A stretch of 64,000 nucleotides of DNA from Octopus sinensis (GCF_006345805.1 NC_043007.1:73346001-73410000); one strand, 5' to 3'. Shown: positions 28,054-41,476, numbered from the stretch's first letter. Program-made: numbers and translations. Notes: a model not told the origin generated them from the sequence alone.

Positions 28054-30659
28054 TTAGAAATATGTAAATGTTAGATATCACAATAGATGAATAACAACAA
28101 TTGTGTTGAATATATTAATAATGATATATTTCAAATTATGTAATCTCGGATAAATTTTAAAGAATAAGTTTGCCAAAACAAATCTATTGAGGCTGAAAAC
28201 CAAAACCAGAAAGAATTTCTGAGGTTTTAAAAAAACGCTAAAAAAAAATTATTGAATCAAATTAGATATAAAAGTATAAATTTTGAGATTTATATAAAAA
28301 AAAAATCTTTTATCTCCAGAAAAAGCATGACAGTTTGCCATGAAACAATTTCTTAATGAATCATATGAATCTCTAAGCAAAATTTAGTAAGGCTAAGTTT
28401 AGTCTTACTAAATTTTGCATAGAGATCCATATGTAACCCAGAATAATCTATGAACAATAAAGTCCCAATGCCCTTTCTGGGTAAAACAGAAATGAGTCAA
28501 GAAAAGATGTACAGAGAGAGACTGAAATTTGTAATGAAATTAATAGTTGTCGTGGGAGGAAAAGAAACATCAGTCACATCAAACTGGTTTTCTTTAATTT
28601 CTCTTGTCCATCTTTCTCAGATGACAGTCTGGTGTACATTATTTTCTCTCCCTCACTGTATGTGTGTGTGTGTGTGTATTGGAATGCTGATATTAATTAA
28701 ATCACTGATTTAAAAATCATATTGTCAAAAAGTTACTATGAGGCTGCAAATATCTTGGAAGATAGAAAATTTATTAATTCTTTGTTTCACATTTTACATT
28801 TCTAATAATATTCAGGCGTGATACCCTATGAAAGAGGTTGGTTAATTTTTATGTCTGAAGTGTGTGTGTGAGCAATTTAAAAATTAACAAGCTGATTAAT
28901 TGTATATAATACCTGAATATTTTTTTAAAACTATAAACAAATTTAAAAGTGAAACAATGAAGGAATAAATGCCAAGGTATCTGAAACAGCAAGCTAACTT
29001 CTTGAAGATAAGATTTTTTTTAAATGAAGAATTTCTATCATGTATTTAAATCCCAGACAACTGTTTGCATAATGATCATGGCCTAACCTCATTCCAAGAT
29101 CTCAACACAGTTGCTGGATATGTCTGTGCAAGATACTGGGAAGTCTGCCAGAGAAGAAGCCTCTTGGAAGATGATGTAGAGAACCTTGAAATAAGTGGTA
29201 GTCTTGCATTTTCCAAGCAAGAAGAGCTTTTGCCATTATTCTCTGGGCCTGACTAAGAGGTGATGAGCAGGGCCCAGTTTGGAAAAAAATCGACAAATGC
29301 TGATATACATTATAGAGAAGATTATCCAATAGATTGAGAACAATTAACATATCATTGTTCATTTGATGGTAGATGAAAGAGGGTGGACTGCCAACTCACA
29401 AGTGTTACTAACCATTACATTATCTTACAAAGCTGGGCTACTACTGTGGAATCTTTACCAACAGCAGAATGACTCAAAAGAAACGTCAGTGAAAATTGGT
29501 AAATCAAGAACTGTGTTATCACCCAACTAGAATCATCAGATTTGTGTTACTGGATGGTCATCAGCAATTTGGAATGAAAGGGACTTCACAGGTATTTGTC
29601 TTATCAGTTGTTAATCAATACCCACTACTCTTGAAGTGGTCCACTGATAGGTAACTGAAGATTTACAATGCTACTGAAGAAAGTAGGTACTCAGGGATAG
29701 AGATATGGAGAGATAGGTAAAGTTAACAAAAATGAAAAAAGAGTGGGGGGGGGATAGGGAAAAAAGAGAAAGATAGTAGTAAATAAAAAATATTGTATTG
29801 GGTATATAATAACATAAAAGAGTAAGTGACTGAATAAATAGATGAAAATAGAATGTGAAAGAAAAAGGAGGGTGTTGGCAAAGAAGTATCTCCCAGGTGG
29901 TAACAGAGAGAAATAACATTCAGGCATTATAGACTGATTCTGCTTATCTCTTGTGAAAGTTTTGAAATTATTGCATTAACATGAAGACACAACTAAGCAG
30001 ATTATTATTTATTTAGCTACCCTGATGAGCTATGGGTAGTACATGAGAGGATGTGCCCTGTTTCAATTTTTTTTATTATTGGAGAATACTCAAAGAACAT
30101 TTGGGAGATGTAAACAGTGGATAGTATATTGTACAATTTTAATATGCTAAAGATGCCAAAAATAGTTTTTTAAAAAATTGCTTTAACATGGCATGTCTAT
30201 AAAAAGTATTGAATTCCATTCATACATAAAATAAATTATGCTTTATCATAATCGTTATGTCAAACTTTAAACCTTTAGCATTTAAACTGGTCACACCCAG
30301 CCCAAATACTCTACCTATTTTAAGTTCAAACCAGTCAGATTTGGCCCTTCACACCTAAGCTATTCTAAAAATAATCAATCACATTATTGAAATTTCAAAG
30401 CTACAAAATAATGTATGATTAATTTGAATCAATGTGAATAAACGAACATTACATTTGACAGAATAATCTGAATGCTAAGGGGTTAAATATGTTTTAAGAA
30501 AGACTATAACTATAACCACACCTCATCTAGTAACAAATTAGCAACTTAACCATCCAAAGAGAAACTGAAAACCATGCATGATGTCATCAACAATTGAAAA
30601 TGTTAAGTTAATTAACCGAGTTCTGTAAGACCACTTTTAATGAGATAACAGCAAGATAA

Positions 30660-31420
30660 ATTATAAGCTGAGAGCAAATTGTTCAACTAGGCTGATCTGG
30701 AGAAAGCTGTTCATAGGGCCCCTAACTCAAGAAACTAGATGTAGAGAAACGCTTGTAACAGCCATTCAAACCATGTACAAGTTCTGCAAGGTCAGAATTG
30801 GTAACAAGTTCAGGAAGGAATTTAATCTGCCAAGGGTCAGAAAACTTCTGTCTTCTCAGATTCATTATAGTTCTTGACAATTCTTACATTCTGATGATCT
30901 AACAGTTGAATCTGAAGAACTGTTCCAGACCTAAACTAATGGTCTAGATTTCAAAGATCAATATAATACAGGCTAAAGTCTTCACTGATAACAGAGAATA
31001 TAAATTCCAGGTTTATTTGGGAAACAGCCTTGCTTTCCAATGTAGAAAGGGAATAGGCAAGTAGTCAATTTACTGTGTACTCAAAGCAAAACAATGCAAT
31101 GAAATCTTTGGCACACTGTCAAAGAACCAATTCTTTGGATCTGTTAGATATACAGGTGGAGTTAGTAATAAGGGCACCAATGAAATGAAGTCTATGAACT
31201 GCTCAGACAACTCACTAGACATAACTAATAATTATCATTACCAAGAAGTTAATTAGTGTTGGCTATAGCATAGTGTCTAAGAGAAGGAAAGGGTGGGAAA
31301 ATTTCAGAATATTGCCTTTGTTATAAACAAAGGGCTTCCCTTTGTACAAAAGGCTAACTTGTATGAATCATATGTAAGATGTGTGTGTGAAAGACAAAGT
31401 ACAAGTGGATTGAGAGAGCA
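30660..31420 (+). mobile_element. Highly decayed RTE reverse transcriptase fragment
   Basis: Remnants resembling DLEKAF, KVRIGN and xDDL; many indels. Confidence 0.55.
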
Positions 31421-32609
31421 GCTGAGTTTTAAAGCTGTTAGTTGCTGTGTGTAGAAGAAATGACTACAATGGTTTGAACGCATGATGTATAGAAAAGGAA
31501 GCCAAGGGAGAAAGATGTAAAATCAGATCTCAAAATACTGGAAGTCATAGAGGAGTTGACAAAAACTGAAGTGGTATTATGTAGTATGCAAAATCTGTCC
31601 AACCTATCAAAGAACATATGCATACAAATACTTCAGTCCATGAACATCTGCAGAAGTACCAGACCAGAAGTACCATTGGGGCCACAGAACATAACACAAG
31701 TAACTTTTGAAAAAAAGCGACTATCACAATAATCAAGCTGAAATCAGCATAATGCAACAGACAAGAACACAAAATAGACCGACTACTGTAACACCACCAA
31801 TCTGCATATGTTACTACTTTCTCCTACATATCCAAGCAACAATACCATTATTCCATCTCCCATTTTACTATGTGTCCTGATGAAGTGGTCCTAACCCCAA
31901 AATATCAAAATACAAAGTAAAACCTCAACAGTAAGTTGTTCTGTCTTCACTTTTGTATTTCATTTTGTATTGCTTAAGCCTCAACAGGTTTTTATCACAC
32001 AATGCTTTGCCCCCACCACTCTATTACAATTATTTCAGTTATTTTGCTATCAAATCAAGATAAGATTTATACTGAAATTGATCAAACCTTATTTGGATTT
32101 ATTTTTTACTGATTAGAAAGAATCATTTCTACTATATTTTATGAATACTGTTATAAATATAAAATCTATAAACTCTAAAGGTTTCTTTCTTAAACCAACA
32201 AAATCAACAGGTTTTCAACAAGGAAGCCTGTATATGATCACTCAACCTGCTAGAAACAGAAGTATATTTTCCTCCAAATAGGAACTCTATTCTCTTTTTA
32301 AATAAAAGACGGATATATAGAAAATGTAGGTGTTGGAGACACTGGTTTATAGTAACAAAGTATGGTTGTGGCTGGAATATCTCTGATGATTGTTCTGTTG
32401 AAATAGGTGAACCTTGCAGTGAAAAAAACACAACTGAGTTTCCAGTAACATACCAACAACTGTTCAAGTTTATATGGAATAGAAGATACAAACAAACTAG
32501 TGATCTGCAATGGTGTACAATAAACAGAAAAAAGTACATGAAGTGGAATAAATTATTTTGTGAGGAAGAAGTCTAACATTCTGAGCAGAATCATTTCATT
32601 TCTGTTTAA

Positions 32610-32822
32610 CCCTTTAAAATTCAGATTACTCTACCAAATATAATTCTTGCTTATTCACAGTTTTTAATTAATCATGCATTATCTCATAGCTTTGTGACTT
32701 CAGCGAGGTAACAGTTTATTTTTAGAATGACATTGTAGGGTAGGTTTGAGAGGCTAGATCTGGCCAGTTTGAACATAAAACAGGTAGAATATTTGGATAT
32801 GGCCAGTTTAAATACTAAAGGG
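32610..32822 (+). mobile_element. piggyBac-like MITE family (other copies about 30-250 +, 25565-25790 -, 30271-30482 -, 48510-48675 +)
   Basis: TTAA|CCCTTTA...TAAAGGG ends; shared body GGCCAGTTTGAACATAAAACAGGTAGAATATTT. Confidence 0.75.
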
Positions 32823-33206
32823 TAATGGAAAGGAGGTCTGCCCAAAAGAGAAAACTTTTTTTCCTTCAAGTTAATGATTTCACTTAGATTAATTAAAATA
32901 TAAACAATTAAGTATTAATAACTTGCAAAACTAAACAGCTGTAATGTTAGGATGTGAAGACAGCAGTGAGAAACATTTTATCATTATTTAACAAAAAGGA
33001 CATGATGCTAATATATAGGTGCAGGTGTGGCTGTGTGGTAAGAAGTTTGCTTCCCAAACATAAGCTTCTGGGTTCAGTTTCAAGGCGTAGCAACTCAGGC
33101 AAATGTCTTCTACTATAGCCTCTAGCTAACCAAAGCCTTGAGTGGATATGGCAGACAGAAATTGAAATAAGCTTGCTGTATGTATGTAAGTATTTATTTA
33201 TATATA

Positions 33207-33246
<40 letters not shown>

Positions 33247-33533
33247 TCATCGTTTAACGTCCGCTTTCCATGCTAGCATGGGTTACACACGCACACATAC
33301 ACTTGTCTTTGAGTCAGTGTTTGTCCTCCAACACTGCTTGGCAACTGGTGTTGGTGTGTTTACATCCCTGTAACTTAGCAGTTCAGGAAAAGAGACCAGC
33401 AGAATAAGTATAAGTACCAGGCTTAAAAAAAAAGGTCTGGGGTTGATTCATCTGACTAAGAATTCTCCATGATGATGCCCCACAGTCTAATGACTGAAAC
33501 AAGTAAAAGACAAAAGATATTGAAATAACTTAC

Positions 33534-33665
33534 CACAAATCTTTAAAGGGGCTTCCAGTTCTAATAAAATAGGCTGACTAAGAAATATTTCCCTGGACTT
33601 TAAACAAAGACCGCGAACTTCTGCCTCTGTCATCTGAACTATTTTCCCAGGCCGACATCCTCTAA
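33534..33665 (-). CDS. PPP1CB: PP1-beta coding exon 2 ([44 protein letters not shown])
   Basis: Acceptor TTTTGACAG, donor GTAAGT, 132 nt; [18 protein letters not shown] is PP1-beta type. Confidence 0.97.
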
Positions 33666-34639
33666 CTGTCAAAATATAAAACAACATCTCTTACTCAATA
33701 TAGAAATTAAATGCAGAAATAACAATTTTTTTCATAAATCCAAATTTAATCATTTGTTAATTAAATCATGTCTCAACAACTATTGCAAAAAGAAGGGGTG
33801 TTATATTTACCATTGGATAGGATAACATTGTACAATACAATCAATACAAAATAATATACATTAGGAAAACCAGCACTACTTACAGTGTATGCTTAAATGT
33901 TTGTATTGTATATATTTTAGTGAGTTGGACACAAAATAAAATTTCCTCTACAAAAAATTGTAGTAAATACCAAGAACAGGAGAAATATGTTAACACACAG
34001 GTTCTAAGTTTTAGCACATTAACAACAAATAAATATATCAACGAGCTAAAACAAACATGTACAAAAATGTGAAAGTATGTGGCTTAGTGGTTAAGGTGTT
34101 GCATTCACAATTTCTAGATCATGGGTTTGATTCCCAAACTGGTCAGTGCAAAGCGTTCCTGAGTGAAAAACACTTCATTTCACATTGTTCCAGTCCACTC
34201 AGCTGCAAATGGATGACCCTGTGACGGACTAACCCTCTGATTAGGGGGAAAAGTTGGCCTGCTTGCCTAGCCAGTGGGGTGGCATCATTCAAAAGTTAAA
34301 ATGATGCAAAAATGCATTGTGATCAATGATGTATAACAACATACAATAGTCTGGTTGATCACACACACACACACACACACAGATTTATCATCATCATCGT
34401 TTAACATCTGCTTTCCATGCTAGCATGGGTTGGACGGTTCAACTGGGATCTGGGAAGCCAGAAGGCTGCACCGGACCCAGTCTGATCTGGCAGTGTTTCT
34501 ACGAGTAGGTCCGTATGTCCAGGTTCAACAGAAAGAGTGCTCCATCTAACGAGAATATTGTTTTTTATGACCCACCTCACACGTATGGCCCATGCTGCTA
34601 AAAGTTTCACACACATGGAACCCATGTACGTTCTTCAGC

Positions 34640-34688
34640 TGCCTGAAGAACGCAAATGGATTGCATGTGCGTGAAACTTTTAGTAGCA
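34640..34688 (+). ncRNA. Minimal type I hammerhead motif (mirror copy on the minus strand at about 34593-34638)
   Basis: TGC-CTGAAGA-ACGCA..TGCGT-GAAA-CTTTTAG-TA-GCA; GUA site. Confidence 0.65.
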
Positions 34689-36343
34689 TGGGCCATACAT
34701 GTGAGGTGGTCATAAAAAACTATATGTGACACATACATATGCATTTATATATATGCACGCATATATTCATACATATAGGAACAGTCATCATCATCCCCAT
34801 CATTGTAATGTCCACTTTTCCATGTTCACATGGGTCAAATGGAATTCACTGAAGCAGATTTTTTATGATCAGATGCCCTTCCTGTTGCCAACTCCCATGT
34901 CTTAAAGTAAGGTAATATTTCCTCTATGGCCAGATGTTTCCATGCAAGATTGGAAATGAAAGGCATCACTTGTAGGATGGTAAGACTCACAACTACCATA
35001 CATTGTGAAGGCATGTGCCCTAGAGGTTGGAGTGTTGTACACACAACTGCCAGATCATGAGTGTTGTGTTCTTTGAGCAAAACGCTTCATTTCACATTGC
35101 TCTAATGTTGTATAGGGACTGACATGACAAGAATAGATCCAATGCTTCCTCTGCACGTTGTAAAAGGCAACTAAAAGAGGTTGATGTAGGATGTGCACTT
35201 CAACCTCGTAAAACCCTCACCAGCTATGACCCAAACAGATCTGGGTATCACTTGAGTGGTACAAAGGTGTCATCTGCCTGGAGTAGGAAACTACCAACAA
35301 ATAGTGGATGCAGCAATGTGCTGTTACAGTGCATGCACCCCACCATACATTGTCAAATATATTCATTCAACTGCATAATTTTACATCCATTTTCCATGAT
35401 TACAAGGGCAAATAATAAATATATTATCGATGTATTGTTTTATTGTTGGAAACCCTCCCTGTCACTTATTTACTCTCCTTTTTTTAACAAAGTTTCCTTA
35501 TATCTTATGTCTTTAAAAGCAGCATGAAATAAATGACTAATTTGTTGACAGGAGATGTGGAAACAATGGCACACTCACACATTTATAAACATGTATATGC
35601 ATTCATACATAACTACACTACACATATAGACATGCATACCCATGCACACTTCCTCTGTGACTTATTTAAATCCTTTCTGCTTATGGAAATCTTGTGAAGT
35701 TTGGTCACATTTTTCCAAACACCATTTAAAATTGAGTGTTTTACTTCATCTCATGACTCAGCTGTTACTCACAGCATCCATTATGTTGAACTTCATTTAG
35801 AAGCCTCTAACAGTAGGTTTATTCTTGGTCAACTGATTTCATAAGTTGTTTGAAATTTCTTCCGAGACAATAGTTGGAGCAAAGAAGTTGTACTCTTAGG
35901 GATAAATTCTACTCTCACATTATCAGAAAGCACCCCTAAAGCCATAATAATACACTTTACTCATACATACACACACATTGTGTTGACATACAACATATGT
36001 AGCTACAGACACTGATACAGTTATATTTAACACTGTTGTAGTCAGTTGGTTATTCAAAAGTTGGTGGTGGTGATTGTATTGGCTTAACTGTTGGTGATAG
36101 TGGGGGAGTATTGTTTTGTGGTGGCAGCAGTCATATTGTGCTAGTTAATTGTATTGTTGTTGCTCTTTAGACTCAAGTCAATCCTCATTACCTAAGATGA
36201 AAGACATTTCATTTAATTTTGAAATACAATAAGGTACTACATTGTCTTAATTATTGTAGATGGAATTGCTTGTTCATAGTATTGTTGCTAGTTGTTGGTG
36301 AGTTGGTATTGGAGGAGGTTGCAATGGTTTTGGCGTTGATGAA

Positions 36344-36390
<47 letters not shown>

Positions 36391-36467
36391 TATATATACT
36401 CATTATGACCCAAAAAATATCCAAAAGAAGATACACATTCAGTGAAAAAATTTCACCCCATATATAT

Positions 36468-36508
<41 letters not shown>

Positions 36509-38301
36509 CGGCGCAAACATACAAATATTCATATATACCATCATCATTAAATAATAATGGTGATATATATCGTAATTATAATTGTTAATTATACTGTAAT
36601 TTTAGTTAAAATGCTGAGAAGTGATTTTGTCTAAGAAGTGTACTTTTTAAATTGTTTAAATTGAGCCAAGTTTCTGTTAGGGGAAAATTACAGCACTTAT
36701 CCTGGAATTAGAAGTCATATTATGCACACATGAAATTACATAACTTGAGGTAACTGTACATGAGGGGTGTATGCAAGAGTGTATAAACATATTTAATGTC
36801 CATCCTGGTATGGGTTGGACGATATGACAGGAAACAACGGGTTTTAGGACTAAATTGTTCTCCACTGTCTATTTGGACAGGGTGAGTGGGTAGGAAAGTA
36901 ATAGATAGGTAGATAGGGTATAGAGATGAATGGAGAAAATAAACACAGGTGGAGGTGTGGTCAATTGTGAATATCAATTGTTGTGAAGAAGAATGAAGTA
37001 CAAGCAGTTCAGGAAGGTAATAACTGGCAGCACAGATGATGTGAAGTTAATGGGAGTGAGGTGTGAGAGATGCAGTGCCAGGGATGAGGTCAGATTTACA
37101 TAGGGGTAGAAATAGATGAACAGAAGGAGTGGGAGAGGAAATTGTTTGCAAAATAAGATGACGTACAGGAGAAAAGGGGATGTGAAAGGGACATTCAGTG
37201 GAAAATAAAAGTTGTAAGGGATGATAATGAAAATGTGAGACAAATAAGTGGTTCCGGGAAGAGTGAGTTGTAGTGAGGTAGAATATGTGCAGTTCTGCTC
37301 TCAAAATTGCAGCAGCTGAATGAATAGTGTCATAGTCAGAAAATGATGGAGGGATGAGTGTGAGGAAGATGAGTAGTGGAAAAGAAATACATCAGGGACA
37401 GATTGGGTGCAGAAGTATAGACATAATATGCTTTTAAGGCCTCATTTTATTTATGCTTAGACAGACAGGGACTCTTTGAGCAGAGTAAATTGCCAATCAT
37501 CTCAATTCTTTATCATCACCTCTGTGAGACTCAACATCTAGACGTCATTCTTTGTCCCAGTTCTTCCTCTTCCAAACCATGAAAGCCACAGCCTTGTGGA
37601 CAGCTCATCAAACTCTATACAAAGAGGCATACATAAGGTTGGACAATTGTCATGCTGATGATGCTTACTGAGCAAGAAACATGCCCACATCTGTCTCCTT
37701 ATCTCCAGACACTAAGCCTGACCTTTTCCTTAATAGCACGTTAACTTTGGAGAATTGTTGAGTCTTGAGATTATCTCTTCTCTTGTAGAGGAGGTTTAAA
37801 TTACCATTTAGTAATTAACACATCCTCTAGAGGTGAAGATAATTTTAATAAATCAAGAAAATATGTTGTATGGTATTTGATATACTTGTATACGTGTATA
37901 TTGTTCAGATACATGCCACTAGCCTGTCTGAGTTATTTAATTTATCTAATTTTATTTAAATTACTTAGGCCATATATATATATGTTCTACTAGTTAAGTC
38001 CCTTCACTACTAGTAATAAGAGTGGACAATTGTCATTCTGGTGATGCTTATTAAGGCAGAAATAGGTATGCATAATCGTCCTTTTATCTCCAGATAATAA
38101 ATAAGCCTGTCTTTATCCGTAATGGAATGTTAACTTCACAGAATTCTTGATTCTTGAAATTATCTCTCCTCATATGGAGGTTGTCATAATTGTCATTTGG
38201 TGACACATTCTCTAGAGGCTGAGATAATTTTAATAAATCATGAATTTATGTTGTATGGGGTTTGATATATGTGTATGCGTATGTATGTGTGTGTGAGTGA
38301 G

Positions 38302-38360
<59 letters not shown>

Positions 38361-39949
38361 ATATATATATATATCACTCTCTCTCTCTCTCACTTACAAA
38401 CACACACATATCTCCTTTTATCTTTTACTTGGTTCAGTCATTAGACTGTGGCTGCCTTGAATTTTTAGTCAAATGAAATGACCCAAGCACGTTTTACTTT
38501 TTTTCCTATCGGTTTCTTATGCCAAGCCACTATGTTACACAAACAAGTGCCAAGACACATGATAGTGCTCTGGGATGCATCATCAATCTAGGTGGTTTTG
38601 GCTCTTTCAGCATCAGAACACTTCGTCCAGTTGACTCAGTCTGAACTGTTCAAGTTTCAGCTTGCATCCCAGCAGCAGCAGGTAAATATAAACTACACAC
38701 ACACTCACAGGTTTGGTGACGCAAACAAGAATATAAAACACAAAACGTGAGTGTATATTTTTGTTATTTTTTATTCATAATCGGTAGAAGTTAGAGCAAC
38801 TCAAGGGCCGAGATTTTCGTGCACTAAGTGTCAATGCACGAAGCTCTCGGGGAAAGCCTTCCTTTTGTAAACCACCACCACCACCACCAATTAAAAAAAT
38901 AATAGACATGGTTTAAAATTGATTTCCTACCATGTCATAATAATAATGATGATGATGATGATAGTCATAAAGATTAAGAATTTCTATTTAAAAAAACTTC
39001 ACTTCTGTATTATGCATATTCACGTCCCAAGGTTAGGCAAATTAGGCCTTAACGTTAGGCGAATTTAAACATGAATACATAATACAGAAATGAGATTTTT
39101 TAAATAGAAATTCTTAATTTTTATGACTTTCTCATCATTATTATTATAATACATAGTAGGAAATCAATTTTCCACCATGTCTAATATTTAAAGAAAAAAA
39201 TTTATGAGTGGGTACAAAAGGGAACACACATACCTATTGCGTATAATTATAGTTTTATATAGATATATACCAATATAATATATAACTATACACACACACA
39301 CATCTATTGGAACTTTCCCATCTATTGAAAGATTAGTAAGTGAGCGTCAGTAATATAAAAATATCAAACTGCTTATACTTTTGTTACTATTAGGTGTTAA
39401 CACTTTTTGATTGAATACATATATTTATACATGAATAAATGGGTGTGTGTGTGTATACAAATTACACAAAAGCATACATTTTTATATATACTGTAAAATA
39501 GTTTTATACATAGTGATAACTAGACAGATAGGCCTGCCAACAATTAGACAAATAGTTGTATAAACTAAAGAAAAGAACATTCAACACGTCTCGTTAAGTT
39601 AATATTTGTTTGTAATTAATAGGCTGACCGCGAATCCGTTATATATAAATACATATATATATATATATATATACACACACAAAATAGCACTCCCACCATT
39701 TGGATATCGTCTTATCAGAAGCCGAGCATCTGACCGTCGACCAGGAGTGTTTTACTCACTTCTTTCAAACTTCAAGTAATGTCAATTCCGTATCTAGCAG
39801 TTTATAAATATTATATGTAGAGACAGCTAAATAGCTCTCTCTCTCTCTCCCTGCGTATACATGTATGTATGTATGCGTAAACATTATATATGGACATTTA
39901 GTTAAATAGCTACTAATACACACTTGTGTATTCATATATGTGTGAGTCT

Positions 39950-40700
39950 GTGTGTGTATATATGTGCTTGCCAGCGAAAGAACGTGTGAGAGATGATAGA
40001 AAGTTGCGTAGAGTGGAGTGGCAACCGAATAACTACAATCTCCCCATGTCATTGCCGACGCCCCAGAATGACCCGTAGTGTGAATCGCAAAAAAACCTAC
40101 AACAAAATACAAGTATAAAGGCTGTGGATGAATAAAGACAGTTAGATTAATGATTGGAAATCATCAAAAGGATGCTAAAAAAACACACGAATGAATGAAT
40201 GATGGTTCTTCATACCTTCAAGCAACCGTTGAATCAGACTATCGACATTAAACTCATTATCCGCCATTTTAGAACTGTCCGATAAGCAGTCCGCGCCTGC
40301 GTACTACGACATGTACTACTACTAATACGACTGTTATTGCTACTACTATTACTGATGTTCTGTAAGACTATAATTTAAACAGTAGCGACTATTTTGAACA
40401 GTGCTACGACACCAAGAGGGTAACTATTACGAGTAGTCGTTCCAGCCATCGTGGAAGTCACTAGTGCTAGATTTTAATAGTTAAATTTCCTCCTAGTTAA
40501 AACCTTACCGACTTGAAAAGGAAAGCACGATTCTGATAACGTAATATTTAAAATAAATGAGAATGGTGACGGCTAAAATGACGTAGATCACAAGTCTACT
40601 TCAAGGCCCAACCTGTGATGAGTAAACGCTAATAGTCATTTCTTCATTTTAGGCCCCAGTGGGACTTCAAGTACGTAGAAGCTAGCGATCGAGCTCCTGT
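39950..40700 (-). promoter_or_regulatory. Promoter / first-exon region of the PP1-beta gene
   Basis: Locally CpG-rich, repeat-free block around exon 1 in a CpG-poor window. Confidence 0.55.
40216..40267 (-). CDS. PPP1CB: PP1 catalytic subunit beta-type, coding exon 1 (MADNEFNVDSLIQRLLE)
   Basis: AAAATGG start context; 52 nt; donor G|GTATG; matches the PP1-beta N-terminus MADGELNVDSLITRLLE; phase 1 joins exon 2. Confidence 0.95.
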
Positions 40701-40775
40701 TTTATCACTATGAAACCAAGATACACACACACACATATATAAATATGTATTATATATGCATAAATATATGTATGC

Positions 40776-40807
<32 letters not shown>

Positions 40808-41037
40808 CATACATATATATAAATATGTATTATGTATGCATAAATATATGTATGTATGCATATATATATATATATTATGTAGGTCCCGGGTTGATTCGGG
40901 GTTAACCACAGTAAATAAGGTACTCAATACATAGCAGAGTAAATTAATTTATTATATAGAAGGAGCTTCTACAGACTAGAACTGTTTCATTCAAGAGAAA
41001 TCATCAGGAAGCTAGTTAACAAGAATTCTTGTTAACT

Positions 41038-41088
41038 AGCTTCCTGATGATTTCTCTTGAATGAAACAGTTCTAGTCCTGTAGAAGCT
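41038..41088 (+). ncRNA. Type I hammerhead motif (mirror copy on the minus strand at about 40964-41013)
   Basis: AGCTTC-CTGATGA-TTTCTCTTGAAT-GAAA-CAG..CTG-TA-GAAGCT; GUA site. Confidence 0.7.
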
Positions 41089-41112
41089 CTTCTATATAAT
41101 AATATATATATA

Positions 41113-41152
<40 letters not shown>

Positions 41153-41164
41153 TATATATATACA

Positions 41165-41202
<38 letters not shown>

Positions 41203-41206
<4 letters not shown>

Positions 41207-41420
41207 CTGGATCTCTTCCTGTCAGGTGTCCCAGATGAACCAACCTCACGGCAGGATGGGCAGAAGAGGGCAGCTTGCATCGAACTCTCTCATGCACCAA
41301 ATAGCAGTTGCTAGAAGAGCCTCCATGAAGTGAAACCAAGTAGCAACACCAAATGGCGGTGCCCCAGCATTGCCACAGCTCATAGCTGAAACTGGAATCA
41401 ATCAATCAATCAATCAATCA
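41203..41420 (+). mobile_element. CR1/L2-like LINE 3' end
   Basis: ELDLFLSGVPDEPT C-terminal motif, stem-loop tail, (ATCA)n terminal repeat. Confidence 0.65.
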
Positions 41421-41476
41421 TATATATATATCATATATATTATATATATATATATATATAATATATATATATATAT

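Noticed and set aside
30015-30045. CTGATGA inside a GCTACCC/GGGTAGT hairpin (similar lone cores at 6449, 8608, 31877, 32383, 52300)
   Set aside because: Incomplete hammerhead topology
39765-39810. ORF ending LLDTELTLLEV, resembling PP1 exon 1 end RLLEV
   Set aside because: Stop follows at once, no phase-1 donor after CTTGAAG, and similarity is limited to 7 nt
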